Source: an uncultured Gemmatimonadales bacterium
Lineage (GTDB): Bacteria; Gemmatimonadota; Gemmatimonadetes; Gemmatimonadales; Gemmatimonadaceae
NCBI GenBank assembly: GCA_963851265.1
Contig: CAWKNZ010000002.1
Coordinates: 288,001 to 352,000, forward strand
Direction of reading: 5' to 3'
Length of the DNA: 64,000 bases
Shown here: positions 45,156 to 54,895 of the stretch, in pieces
Layout: each line of letters begins with the position of its first letter
Numbering within the stretch: the stretch's first letter is position 1
Program-made: the position numbers and the translations under genes
Notes under the pieces: model-generated
The model's database searches: none
What the model was told of the DNA's origin: nothing
Seen by the model: only the letters and a program-made list of their open reading frames with translations

Positions 45156-46739
45156 ATGCCGTACTCCATTCGCGACCGCCTGACGCGCGGCTACACGCCA
45201 GGCTCCGACGCCGCGACGCTGGCGCCGCCCACGACCGCGGCCGACGACCATGCGCCGGCGCCCGCGCCGGCGCCCGACATGCACGCGCCCGCCGCGGCCA
45301 TCGCGCCGGAGCCGCACGTCCCCGATGCATCCGGTCCCGCCCCGGAACCCGCGTCGACCGCGTCGACCGCGTCGACCGCGGCGACCGAGTCCGACGCCGC
45401 CCCGAACACGCGTGGCCAGGGCGCACTGCGCGTCGAGGCGCTCGCCGCCGAGGCGCGACGCGCGCAGGCGGACGCGCCGAGCGCGGTCGAGCAGCTCAAG
45501 GCCGAGCTGCACCGCCGCCTCGTCGACCGCCTCGACCTGAAGGCGCTCGAGAAGCTGCAGGACGAGCACCTGCTCGCCGATCAGGTACGCCGCGGCGTCG
45601 CGGACTTCCTGCGCGCGGAGAGCACGCCGCTCTCCACCGCCGAGCGCGAATCGATCGTCGAGCAGGTGGTGCACGAGGTGCTGGGCCTCGGCCCCATCGA
45701 GCCGCTGTTCCGCGACCCGAAGGTGAGCGACATCCTCATCAACGGGGCGAAGGACATCTGGGTGGAGAAGGGCGGCAAACTGAGCAAGGTCGCGACGCGC
45801 TTCCGCGACGACGCGCACCTCATGGCGGTGATCGACCGGATCGTGAGTCGCGTGGGGCGCCGCGTGGACGAGTCGAGCCCGATGGTCGACGCGCGCCTAC
45901 CCGACGGCTCGCGCGTGAACGCGGTCATCCCGCCGCTGGCGATCGACGGGCCGGTGCTCTCGATCCGCCGCTTCGGCGCGTCGATCACGGCGGAGCAGCT
46001 CGTCGGCTTCGGCGCGTTCACCAACAACATGCTGTTCGTGCTCGCGTCGTGCGTGCGCGCGCGGCTCAACGTACTCGTGTCGGGCGGCACGGGCTCGGGG
46101 AAGACGACGCTGCTCAACGCGCTGTCGTCGTTCATCCCCGACGACCAGCGCGTGGTCACCATCGAGGACGCCGCCGAGCTGCGCCTGCAGCAGGCGCACG
46201 TGGTGCGCCTCGAGACGCGCCCGCCCAACAGTGAGGGCCGCGGCGAGGTGAGCGCGCGCGACCTCGTGAAGAACGCGCTCCGCATGCGTCCCGACCGGAT
46301 CATCGTCGGCGAAACGCGATCGGGAGAAGCGATCGACATGCTGCAGGCGATGAACACGGGGCACGAGGGCTCCATGACGACCGTGCACGCGAACACGCCG
46401 CGCGACGCGATCTCGCGTCTCGAGGTCATGGTGCTGTTTTCGGGGACGAACCTGCCCACGCGCGCGGTGCGCGAGCAGATCGCGTCGGCGGTGAACGTGG
46501 TGGTCCAGGTGTCGCGCCAGGCCGACGGCACGCGTCGCGTCATGAGCATCACCGAGATCACCGGCATGGAGGGCGACATGATCTCCGCGCAGGAGATCTT
46601 CCGCTTCCGCCGCATGGGGCTGAGCCCCGAAGGCAAGGTGCTCGGCAAGTTCGAGGCGAGCGGCGTGCGGCCGATGTTCGCCGACAAGCTCAAGGCGGCC
46701 GGGGCGGACCTGCCCGGCTACCTGTTCGAAACGACGTGA
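45156..46739 (+). CDS. cpaF: Tad ATPase CpaF/TadA
   Basis: [37 protein letters not shown]. Confidence 0.95.
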   Translation: MPYSIRDRLTRGYTPGSDAATLAPPTTAADDHAPAPAPAPDMHAPAAAIAPEPHVPDASGPAPEPASTASTASTAATESDAAPNTRGQGALRVEALAAEARRAQADAPSAVEQLKAELHRRLVDRLDLKALEKLQDEHLLADQVRRGVADFLRAESTPLSTAERESIVEQVVHEVLGLGPIEPLFRDPKVSDILINGAKDIWVEKGGKLSKVATRFRDDAHLMAVIDRIVSRVGRRVDESSPMVDARLPDGSRVNAVIPPLAIDGPVLSIRRFGASITAEQLVGFGAFTNNMLFVLASCVRARLNVLVSGGTGSGKTTLLNALSSFIPDDQRVVTIEDAAELRLQQAHVVRLETRPPNSEGRGEVSARDLVKNALRMRPDRIIVGETRSGEAIDMLQAMNTGHEGSMTTVHANTPRDAISRLEVMVLFSGTNLPTRAVREQIASAVNVVVQVSRQADGTRRVMSITEITGMEGDMISAQEIFRFRRMGLSPEGKVLGKFEASGVRPMFADKLKAAGADLPGYLFETT

Positions 46740-46751
46740 GGAGTTAGGCAG

Positions 46752-47720
46752 ATGCTGTTGCTCACGCTGGCGCTGGTCTTCTGCGGCACGCTCGGCCTCG
46801 TCGCCGGCGGCGCCCTCTTCGCGGACCGCAAGCGGCTCGCGGCGGTGCGTGCGGTGCGCCTGCGGCTCGCCGCCCCGCTGCCGGGGGCGGCGGCCGCCGA
46901 AGGGTCCGTGCGCCTGCTGCGCGGGGCCGACCGCCTGAGTGGCTTCGCGCTGCTCGAGCGCATGCTCACGCGGTGGAACGGGACGGCGCGGATCGCCGAC
47001 GCGCTCCGCCGCGCCGGCGTCGAGCACACCGTCGGCGAGTTCGTGCTCGCGACGGCCGCGGCGGGCGCCGCGGGCCTCGTGCTCGGCGACTTCGTGGCCG
47101 GCGCGGCAGGCGGCATAGGGCTCGCCGCCGTGGCCGGCTTCGCGCCGTGGCTACTCGTCTGGCGCCTCACCAAGACCCGCATCGCGGGCTTCGAGGCGCA
47201 ACTCCCGGAGGCGCTCGACGCGATCGTGAACTCGCTCAAGGCCGGGTACTCGTTCCCGGCCGCGCTGGAGTTCGCCGCAGGCGAGGTCCCGGCCCCGCTG
47301 GGCCCTGAACTGGCCCGCGTGCGCGACGAGCAGCGGCTCGGCGTCGAGGCCCGCCCCGCGCTCGCCGCGATGGCCGACCGCGTCGGCACCGCCGACATGC
47401 GCATGTTCGTCACCGCCGTACTCGTGCAGCGCGAGACCGGCGGTAACCTTGCCGAACTGCTCGCCGACCTCGCCACGCTCGTCCGCGACCGCGCCGCCTT
47501 CCGCGGGCGCGTGGCCGCCCTCACCGCGGAGCCGCGCATGAGCGCGATCGTGCTCGCACTGCTGCCGGTGTCGCTGTTCGCCATCCTGTTCGTGCTCAAC
47601 CGGCCCTACATGCAGCCGCTCGTCAGCACGCCGTTCGGGCGCCTGCTGCTCATCACGTCGTCCGTCCTGTCGGTGGGCGGCTACCTCGTGATGCGCAAGC
47701 TCGGCGACGTGGAGCTCTGA
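46752..47720 (+). CDS. tadB: TadB platform protein
   Basis: QLPEALD..LKAGYS, QRETGGNLAE. Confidence 0.9.
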   Translation: MLLLTLALVFCGTLGLVAGGALFADRKRLAAVRAVRLRLAAPLPGAAAAEGSVRLLRGADRLSGFALLERMLTRWNGTARIADALRRAGVEHTVGEFVLATAAAGAAGLVLGDFVAGAAGGIGLAAVAGFAPWLLVWRLTKTRIAGFEAQLPEALDAIVNSLKAGYSFPAALEFAAGEVPAPLGPELARVRDEQRLGVEARPALAAMADRVGTADMRMFVTAVLVQRETGGNLAELLADLATLVRDRAAFRGRVAALTAEPRMSAIVLALLPVSLFAILFVLNRPYMQPLVSTPFGRLLLITSSVLSVGGYLVMRKLGDVEL

Positions 47721-47721
47721 C

Positions 47722-48678
47722 GTGGCCGCCGCTCCGCACCTCGCGCCGTTGTGGCTCGCGGCGTTCTGCATCACGGTCGCGACGCTCGCCGTCGCGGCCG
47801 CGGCGTCGGCCTGGGTCGCCCAGAGCGGCCGCCGCGCCGTGCTCGCGCGCCTCGCCCGGCGCCGGGCGGCGGGATCGTTCAGGGCGTTAGGCGTGTCAGG
47901 AGAGTTCGGGGAGGCGGAGGTCGGCCCCGCGCGCGCGCGGGCCGCCGCGTTCCTCGCGCGCGTGGTGCCGCCCGGCATGCGCGACAAGGCGACGCTCGAC
48001 CGCCTGGCGCAGGCGGGCTTCCACGAGCCCGATGCGGTGCTCTTCTACGCCGCCGCGCGGGTGCTCGCGCCGGTCCTCGGCCCGCTGCTCGTCGTGCTCG
48101 GGACCGGGCTCCAGGCCGGGCCGGGAGGTGGCAGCCCCGCGCCGCTCGCGCTCGGGCTCGGCCTGCTCGCGGGAATGACCCTGCCGTCCGCCATCCTCGA
48201 CCGACAGGCCGGGACGCGGCGGACCGCGCTCACGCTCGCGATCCCCGATGCGCTCGACCTGCTGATCGTCTGCCTCGAGGCTGGCGTCGGGCTCGACGCC
48301 GCGCTCGTCCGCGTGGCGCGCGAGCTCGCGCCGTCGCACCCGATTCTCGCCGCCGAGATGGAGAGCGTGACGCGCCGCGTCGGCGCCGGGCTGCCGCGCG
48401 ACGAGGCGCTCCGGACACTCGTCGTGCGCACCGGCATCGACGACATGCGCGCGATCGTCTCGACCATGATCCAGGCCGAGCGCCTCGGCACGTCGCTCGC
48501 GCGCGTGCTGCGCATTCACGGCGAGTCGCTGCGCTCGCGGCGCAAGCAGCTCGCCGAGAAGCGTGCGGCGCAGGCGAGCGTGAAGATGATGATTCCCCTC
48601 GTGACGTTCCTGCTCCCCGCGTTCTTCATCGTGGTGTTGGGGCCGGCCGTCCTCAGTATGATGGCGAATTCGAAGTGA
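47722..48678 (+). CDS. tadC: TadC platform protein
   Basis: IPDALDLLIVCLEAG, QAERLGT, KMMIPLVTFLLP. Confidence 0.9.
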   Translation: MAAAPHLAPLWLAAFCITVATLAVAAAASAWVAQSGRRAVLARLARRRAAGSFRALGVSGEFGEAEVGPARARAAAFLARVVPPGMRDKATLDRLAQAGFHEPDAVLFYAAARVLAPVLGPLLVVLGTGLQAGPGGGSPAPLALGLGLLAGMTLPSAILDRQAGTRRTALTLAIPDALDLLIVCLEAGVGLDAALVRVARELAPSHPILAAEMESVTRRVGAGLPRDEALRTLVVRTGIDDMRAIVSTMIQAERLGTSLARVLRIHGESLRSRRKQLAEKRAAQASVKMMIPLVTFLLPAFFIVVLGPAVLSMMANSK

Positions 48679-50018
48679 CCGCGACCCCGATGAGGACCCT
48701 CCACCCCCCCCGCCCCCGCGCGCGGCGCGGCGTGACGCTCCCATTCGTGTGCATCATGCTCACGGCGCTCCTCGGTGGGATGGCACTCGCGATCGACATG
48801 GGGCGCGTGTACCTGACGGCGAGCGAGGCGCAAGCCGCCGCGGACGCCGCCGCGATCGCGGGCGTGCGATTCCTGCAGCAGTACAGCGCCTACTACTACC
48901 CGTCCATCAACACGACGTACGGGATCGCCGCGATCTCGCCCCTCAACCACGTCGCCGGCGCCGCCTCGCAGATCCAGACGTCGGACATCCAGCCGGTCAC
49001 CTACGACCCGGTCGCCAACACGGTGACGCCGGCTTCGTGGGCCAGCACGACGTCGGCGGTGACCGTGACCGTCCGCGCGACGCCGCCGTACGTGTTCGGC
49101 CGCGCGTTGGGCATCACGCCGCCGAGCGTGTCGCGCAGCGCGACCGCGTGGATCGCGAACGTCGCGGGCGCGACCTGCGTCCGCCCGTTCGCGCTGCCTT
49201 ACACCCGGATTTTCGAGACGGGCGTCAACCACAACAATCAGGACAGCACGTGGACGCGGCAGGGGGCCGTCGCGCCGGACTTCTCGTACTACACGATCGC
49301 GTCGCTTCAGCCGAGCTACCCGTGGAACAACGCCCCCCAGCATCGGACCGTCACCGTGATTCCGCAGTGGGTGCCGGAGAACGTGGCTGACACCACCTGG
49401 AACGGGGACTACCACGCGATCTCGGGCCGCTGGATCCCGGCCGACTTCGCGGGCGGCGGAATCCCCGCGTACCAGACGTACGTCGGGGCGCCGCCCAAGT
49501 CGGCCCAATGCCAGGCCGCCGCCGCGCAAGTGGGCACGCCGGTGACCGCGCTCGGCGGCTATGCCAACCCGCCCGACACGAGCAAGCAGAAGATGCTCGA
49601 TGCCATGTCGTACGGCGTCTCGCAGCTCTGCAATCGCATGGGCAACGACACGACGGACGCGCACTGCTACGACAGTACGGGCGTGGTCGGCGTGCGCACG
49701 CGTGTCATGTTGACCGACTCCGTCGCGGGCGGTTCGGCCGGGTTTCAGCTCAACCCGCGCGGCGTCACGATGATTCGCATCATGTGCTACGTCCGGCACA
49801 CGGTCGATCACTGTGACCCCGCGTACATCCGCGACGAGAACTCACCCACGACGACCACGCCGAGCGTCCAGTGGCAGTTGTTGGGACAGGCGACGAGCGG
49901 CTACCCACCGGGCACGATCACCGTCCTGTTGGACGGGCCGACGAACATCGACGTGACGTCGGACGTCACCTTCGGCAGCAAGCCGAGCATCACGCAGCGC
50001 GTCTATCTCGTGCGCTGA
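48675..50018 (+). CDS. TadG-like pseudopilin / putative tip adhesin
   Basis: RRG/VTL.. pilin N-terminus, AIDMGR, AQAAADAAAIAG; large Cys-containing C-terminal domain. Confidence 0.8.
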   Translation: MTATPMRTLHPPRPRARRGVTLPFVCIMLTALLGGMALAIDMGRVYLTASEAQAAADAAAIAGVRFLQQYSAYYYPSINTTYGIAAISPLNHVAGAASQIQTSDIQPVTYDPVANTVTPASWASTTSAVTVTVRATPPYVFGRALGITPPSVSRSATAWIANVAGATCVRPFALPYTRIFETGVNHNNQDSTWTRQGAVAPDFSYYTIASLQPSYPWNNAPQHRTVTVIPQWVPENVADTTWNGDYHAISGRWIPADFAGGGIPAYQTYVGAPPKSAQCQAAAAQVGTPVTALGGYANPPDTSKQKMLDAMSYGVSQLCNRMGNDTTDAHCYDSTGVVGVRTRVMLTDSVAGGSAGFQLNPRGVTMIRIMCYVRHTVDHCDPAYIRDENSPTTTTPSVQWQLLGQATSGYPPGTITVLLDGPTNIDVTSDVTFGSKPSITQRVYLVR

Positions 50019-50023
50019 CGCCG

Positions 50024-50061
50024 CGGCGCGGGGACGCCCGCGCCGCGGCGTCCCCGCGCCG
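50024..50061. terminator. Hairpin between convergent tad and ABC operons
   Basis: CGGCGCGGGGACGCC...GGCGTCCCCGCGCCG 15-bp stem; no U tract. Confidence 0.6.
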
Positions 50062-50066
50062 ACGTG

Positions 50067-51428
50067 TCAGGCCGCCTGCCGCACCCAGTGGGCGAGCTCG
50101 ACGAACGACGGGCGCTTGCCGTACATCAGCAGCCCGATCCGGTAGATCCGGGCCGCGAGCCAGAGCGCGACGATCGCGGCGAGCGCGACGCCCGATGCGA
50201 CGAGCACCACCTCGAGCGGCGACGTGCTCACGAGGGCCATACGCATGGGCATGAGGATGGGCGCGGTGAGCGGGAACCACGCCGCGGTGCGTGCCAACGT
50301 CGACTCGGGGTTCTGGAGCACGGCCTGGAAGAGCACGACCGACGCGAGGATCGGCAGCATCACCGGCAGCGCGGCCTGCTGCGCTTCCTGCTCACTGTTC
50401 ACCATCGCGCCGGCCGCGGCGAAGAGGGCCGAGAACAGCAAGTAGCCGAGCAGGAAAAAGACGATGGAGCCGGCGACGACGCCGAACGAGACCGCGGGCA
50501 TCGCGAACGACGCGGTCAGGTCCGCCGTGTCGGCCGCCTGCCGTGCGGCCGCACTCGCGGGGCCGCTCCCGAGGTGCAGGAAGGGCAGCACGTAATACCC
50601 GACCACGATGCTGCCCGCGAACCAGATCACCTGCTGCAGCAGGCCGACGGCGCCGACGCCGAGCACCTTGCCCGTCATGAGAACGCTGGGCTTCACGCTC
50701 GCCACGATGACCTCGGCCACGCGCGTGGTCTTCTCCTCGACGACGCTCCGCATCACGAACTGGCCGTACAGCAGGATGAGCATGTAGAGCAGGAGCGCCA
50801 CGACGGCGGCCACCACGGCGTTGCCCGCCCCGCCGCCGTGCGCGCCCTGGTCGGTCACCGACGTCGTCGCGAGCCGGAGTCGGGTGCCGGTGATCGGCGC
50901 GATACGCTCGGCGGGGAAGCCGGCCTGCGTGAGGCGCGCGTTGAGCACCTCACGGCGCACGACGTCGGTCAGGCGGGTGACGTCGGCGAGGCTGGACGCG
51001 TTGCGGCCGAGGTAGCGCGCGCGGCGTCCGGCCAGGGTGAGCGAGTCGAGGACGAGCACGCCCTCGCGCTCCTTGCGCACGACGGCCGCGGTCGCGGCGC
51101 TCTCCGCGGCGGCGAGCGCCGCCGGCGCGACCGTGACGACGTTAGGCCGTCCCCCCGCCGCCGGGGCCGAGTCGGCGAGCGCGCGCGCGATCCGGTCGCC
51201 GACGCCCGTGCCGGTCGCGTCGAGCACCGTGACCGCGGCGACCGCCGCCGAGCCCTTTTCACGCATCCCCAGCCAGGCGGGGAAGATCGAGATGCCGGCG
51301 AGGAAGAGCGGGCCCAACAGCGTCCCGATCACGAAGGCGCGCGTGCGGACGCGCTCGAGGAACTCTCGCTTGATGACGGCGCGCAGCTTGGCGGCCGTCG
51401 AGTGGGTGTTGGTCTCAGCCCTGTCCAC
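50067..51428 (-). CDS. ABC-2 type permease (NatB/YhaP-like)
   Basis: KREFLERVRTRAF, VVEEKTTRVAEV, GKVLG, RIYRIGLLMYGKRP. Confidence 0.9.
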   Translation of the reverse strand: MDRAETNTHSTAAKLRAVIKREFLERVRTRAFVIGTLLGPLFLAGISIFPAWLGMREKGSAAVAAVTVLDATGTGVGDRIARALADSAPAAGGRPNVVTVAPAALAAAESAATAAVVRKEREGVLVLDSLTLAGRRARYLGRNASSLADVTRLTDVVRREVLNARLTQAGFPAERIAPITGTRLRLATTSVTDQGAHGGGAGNAVVAAVVALLLYMLILLYGQFVMRSVVEEKTTRVAEVIVASVKPSVLMTGKVLGVGAVGLLQQVIWFAGSIVVGYYVLPFLHLGSGPASAAARQAADTADLTASFAMPAVSFGVVAGSIVFFLLGYLLFSALFAAAGAMVNSEQEAQQAALPVMLPILASVVLFQAVLQNPESTLARTAAWFPLTAPILMPMRMALVSTSPLEVVLVASGVALAAIVALWLAARIYRIGLLMYGKRPSFVELAHWVRQAA

Positions 51429-52392
51429 TCATCCCTGCCTCGACGCCAGTCGCGCCGACCTTTTCGAGGAAGATCTGGTGCAGCGACGGCTGCACCAGTT
51501 CGAAGCGCGTGATCGCCGCGCCCGCGCCGACGAGGCGCTGCAGCAGCGTCTGGGCGCTCGCCCCGGCGGCGAGCTCCAACTCGAGAAAGCGGTTCTGGTC
51601 GTCGGCCCGCGCCACGAGCCCGCGGTCCGCGAGCACGGCGTCGACGGCCGGGCCGGCGCCGTTCATCGCGGCACGGTCGAGGCCCAACGCGACCTGGCGG
51701 CCGCCGTGCGCCTGCTTGACCTCCTGCACGCCCCCGTCGAGCACCTTTTCGCCGCGCGCGATGATGCACACGGCGTCGCAGAGCCGCTCGGCGTTGTCCA
51801 TCAGGTGTGTCGAGAAGATCACCGTGCGACCGCGCCGGTGCAGCTCGACGACCGTGTCCTTGAGCGCCTGCGCGTTTACCGGGTCGAGGCCGCTGAACGG
51901 CTCGTCGAGGATGACGAGGTCGGGGTCGTGCAGCAGTGTGCCGATGAACTGCACCTTCTGCTGCATGCCGCGCGAGAGCTCGTCGACTTTCTGCGCGCCC
52001 CAATCCTTCTCGGGCGTCTTCAGCGACAGGCGTTCGAGCCACTCGTCGATCCGCCGGTCGGCCTCGGCCGCGCGCACCCCCTTGAGCTCGGCCAGGAAAC
52101 GCAGCACGCGCCGGACCTGCATCTTCTTGTACAGGCCCCGCTCCTCGGGGAGGTAGCCAACGGAGTCGAGCGCGCCCGCCTCGCGGTTGGGGCGCCCGAA
52201 GAGCGCGATGCTGCCCGAGTCGGGGCGGATCACGTCGAGCAGCATGCGGATGGTGGTCGTCTTGCCGGCGCCGTTGGGGCCGAGCAGCCCGTACACGGTG
52301 CCGCGCGGCACCTGCAACGAGAGGTCGCGCACGGCCGTGTGCTCGGCGTAGCGCTTGACCACGTGGCGGACGTCGATCGCCAGTTCGGTCAT
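51415..52392 (-). CDS. ABC ATP-binding protein (YhaQ-like)
   Basis: GPNGAGKTT, LSRGMQQK, ILDEPFSGLDP, PSLHQIF. Confidence 0.93.
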   Translation of the reverse strand: MTELAIDVRHVVKRYAEHTAVRDLSLQVPRGTVYGLLGPNGAGKTTTIRMLLDVIRPDSGSIALFGRPNREAGALDSVGYLPEERGLYKKMQVRRVLRFLAELKGVRAAEADRRIDEWLERLSLKTPEKDWGAQKVDELSRGMQQKVQFIGTLLHDPDLVILDEPFSGLDPVNAQALKDTVVELHRRGRTVIFSTHLMDNAERLCDAVCIIARGEKVLDGGVQEVKQAHGGRQVALGLDRAAMNGAGPAVDAVLADRGLVARADDQNRFLELELAAGASAQTLLQRLVGAGAAITRFELVQPSLHQIFLEKVGATGVEAGMSGQG

Positions 52393-52519
52393 GGGGGGAG
52401 GAGGGGAGGGGATGCGGGGCGGGACCGAGCCTCGCACACTGCACTACGGGGGCGACGCGGCATCGGTGTCGCGCCCGTCCAAGTTCCCTCGGGCGGCGTT
52501 CCAGCGCTACCGGCGCGCC

Positions 52520-53056
52520 CTACGACTTTGGCAGGTGGAGCCCCGCGGTCGCGAGTACGCGTCCGCTCGGCCACGCGACCGTCACGCGCCACGCGTTGAA
52601 GCAGTGCTCGCCGCACGCGCGCCCAACGACCACCGACGCGAGCGTGTCGCCGCTCCACGCGGGCCGCGCGAGTTCGACGAGCCCCGGCGCGGCGGGGTAC
52701 CGGGCGAAGAACGCCGCCCAACCGTCGGGGTGCGCGCGGAAGAGGCGGTCGAGGTCCGGCGCATCGACACCCACGACCGGCGCCGGGATCGCGGCGCCCA
52801 GCGCCGCGGTGTCGACGTCCGCGTCGCGCGCCTGGAGTACGTCGAAGGTCGGTCCGCGCTCGGCCCGGTCGGTCCAGAGGACGATGCGACGGGCGTGCTC
52901 GCGTGTGACGAACAACTCGTGCACGGCGGCGGCCTCCACGCGCGCGTCGTTCGCGTGGCGCACCGGCGTGCAGCCAGCAAGACCGAGCGCGAGCGTCGCC
53001 ACACGCCGCGCGACCACGCGTCGCGCGGCATGGGTAGCGACACCGCCACGCGTCAC
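52520..53056 (-). CDS. Hypothetical lipoprotein
   Basis: LAGC lipobox; WAAFFARYP..GLVELARP, CGEHC. Confidence 0.65.
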   Translation of the reverse strand: MTRGGVATHAARRVVARRVATLALGLAGCTPVRHANDARVEAAAVHELFVTREHARRIVLWTDRAERGPTFDVLQARDADVDTAALGAAIPAPVVGVDAPDLDRLFRAHPDGWAAFFARYPAAPGLVELARPAWSGDTLASVVVGRACGEHCFNAWRVTVAWPSGRVLATAGLHLPKS

Positions 53057-53520
53057 GCGTGATCGTCCGCCAGTTCGAGCGCGAACTTGAAGACGAGGCG
53101 ACGCCCATCGTGCTCGATCCAGCCGTCGACGAGGTCGAAGAGGCCGAGGTCTTCCCAGACCCCGACCTCGAGCTTCTCGTACAGGCGAACGTGTTCGGCG
53201 GCGCGGACACCGGCCCGGGAGCCCTGGGCTGCGGCGAGGAAGCGCGCGTTCTGCGTCGGTCGCCCGGTGACGGTGGTCGCAGGCTGATCGAGGAGCGCGG
53301 GGTCGGCGGTCGCCTCGACGCGGCGCGGGGCGTCATGGCCGCGGTAGACGACGCGTCGGTTGCCGGGCGAGAACGTGTCGTGGTACGGCGCGCCGAGCGC
53401 CCGGCGGGTGGTCAGCAGCACGGAGTGATCACCACCGAGGCCGAAGTTCATCCCCCGGCGGAGACGCGGGGCGCGCTCGCGGCGGCACATCTCGGCGTAC
53501 GAGACGACCTCCCCTCGCAC
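53053..53520 (-). CDS. Stand-alone SRA/PUA-like domain resembling the N-terminus of HNH restriction endonucleases
   Basis: SY.EMC..RGMNF..APY.D...Y.GHD..DQP..TQN..F..YEK...GVW..G.F.LVD..VFKF.L pattern recognised from memory; no HNH domain. Confidence 0.6.
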   Translation of the reverse strand: MRGEVVSYAEMCRRERAPRLRRGMNFGLGGDHSVLLTTRRALGAPYHDTFSPGNRRVVYRGHDAPRRVEATADPALLDQPATTVTGRPTQNARFLAAAQGSRAGVRAAEHVRLYEKLEVGVWEDLGLFDLVDGWIEHDGRRLVFKFALELADDHA

Positions 53521-53538
53521 GCCGTCGCAAACCCGCGA

Positions 53539-53910
53539 TCAGCCCTTCTGTTCGTCGTGCCGGCGGTCGACGGCCGAGCCGCCGACGCTCTCGCTTCCCC
53601 AGCCCGGGCCGCCCATACGACCGTCGAGCTGCTTGGCGAATTTGGCGGGGTCGGGCGCGTCGTCCGGGCCGGCGCCGCCGTGGCGGCTCTGCTCGCGGTC
53701 GCCGCTGTCGACCGCCTTCTCGTCGTTCATCACCTCGCGCGAGTCGCCGGTCCCGTGCGTGCCGTGCGCGTACACCGAGGCGCCGTCGGTGCTGCCGTCG
53801 CCGGGGTTGGGCATGTCGCCCGTGCCAGCCGCGCCCTGCTGTGCGCCCTCGGGGTTGTGGTCGCCGCGCTCGGGGGCGGGGCCGGCGTCGGGGTGCGGAT
53901 GGACGGGCAT
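53539..53910 (-). CDS. Small acidic Gly/Asp-rich disordered protein
   Basis: AGGAG RBS before MPVHPHP; fits operon. Confidence 0.6.
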   Translation of the reverse strand: MPVHPHPDAGPAPERGDHNPEGAQQGAAGTGDMPNPGDGSTDGASVYAHGTHGTGDSREVMNDEKAVDSGDREQSRHGGAGPDDAPDPAKFAKQLDGRMGGPGWGSESVGGSAVDRRHDEQKG

Positions 53911-53915
53911 GGCAG

Positions 53916-54842
53916 CTACTCCTGCGGCGGGGCCGCGTTGAGATCGAACAGGGTGGGACCCCCACCGTCGGAACTCCGAGCACCGGGGGCGGGGTCCACG
54001 TCGGGGGCAAGGCGCGTTCCCGCGGGGGCGTCGGGAGCGGCCTTGCCTAGACGGGCCTGCCCCGTCGGGCAGAGGTCGAGCACGACGCAGCGCGCGCACG
54101 CCGGCTCGCGCCAGAAGCACACGTGCTGGCCGTGGAGCATCAGCACTTCGTGGTTGTCGTAGACCTGCTGCGCGTCCCAGTCGGGCGGCAACTGCGCCTC
54201 GAGCCACGCGTGCGCCGGCCCGACGTCGACGTGCTCGGGGATGAGGCCGAGTCGGACCGCCACGCGGTGGTGGTGGCTGTCGACCGGCAGCGCGGGGCGC
54301 CGCAGGCGCGAGAACGAGAGCACGGCCGCGCTGGTCTTGGGGCCCACGCCGGTGATCGACTCGAGCCAGTCGCGCGCCTCGCGCACCGGGAGCGCGCCGA
54401 GGAAGTCGAGCGCGCCGTCGCCTAACGGATCCGCGCCGGGGGGTGCGTCGGGCGCCGCGTCGGCCGCGCCGGCGAGGCGAACGGTGATCTCGCGCAGCGT
54501 CGCCTGGATGCGCGGCGCCTTCTGCTCGGGCCAGGTGGCGGGCGTGATGGCGGCCTGCACGTCCGCGACCGGCGCATCCCGCACCGCCGTCCACGACGGA
54601 AACGCGCGCCGCAGTTGCTTGAACGCGCGCCCGGAGTCGGCGTTCTTGGTGCGGTGCGACAGGAGCGACGAGACGAGCTCGCTCAGCGGGTCGAGGTCGT
54701 GGAAGTAGCCGATCGGGCAGTGGTACTCGGCGCAGAGCCGCGCGTGCACCTCGAGCACCTTCGCCCGGAGCTCGTCGGAGAACGTGGCCGGCGGGGTGCT
54801 GCTGCGGGCCGCGGTGCGGCGCTGGGCGGGACGCGAAGGCAT
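53916..54842 (-). CDS. Endonuclease III-like HhH-GPD DNA glycosylase with 4Fe-4S motif
   Basis: GVGPKT HhH, PVDSH, C-X6-C-X2-C-X5-C (CFWREPACARCVVLDLC). Confidence 0.9.
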   Translation of the reverse strand: MPSRPAQRRTAARSSTPPATFSDELRAKVLEVHARLCAEYHCPIGYFHDLDPLSELVSSLLSHRTKNADSGRAFKQLRRAFPSWTAVRDAPVADVQAAITPATWPEQKAPRIQATLREITVRLAGAADAAPDAPPGADPLGDGALDFLGALPVREARDWLESITGVGPKTSAAVLSFSRLRRPALPVDSHHHRVAVRLGLIPEHVDVGPAHAWLEAQLPPDWDAQQVYDNHEVLMLHGQHVCFWREPACARCVVLDLCPTGQARLGKAAPDAPAGTRLAPDVDPAPGARSSDGGGPTLFDLNAAPPQE

Positions 54843-54895
54843 AGCGGGCCGCGGGTCAGCTTGCGTGCCAGCGTCGCGCGCGCAATGCTGTCCGC

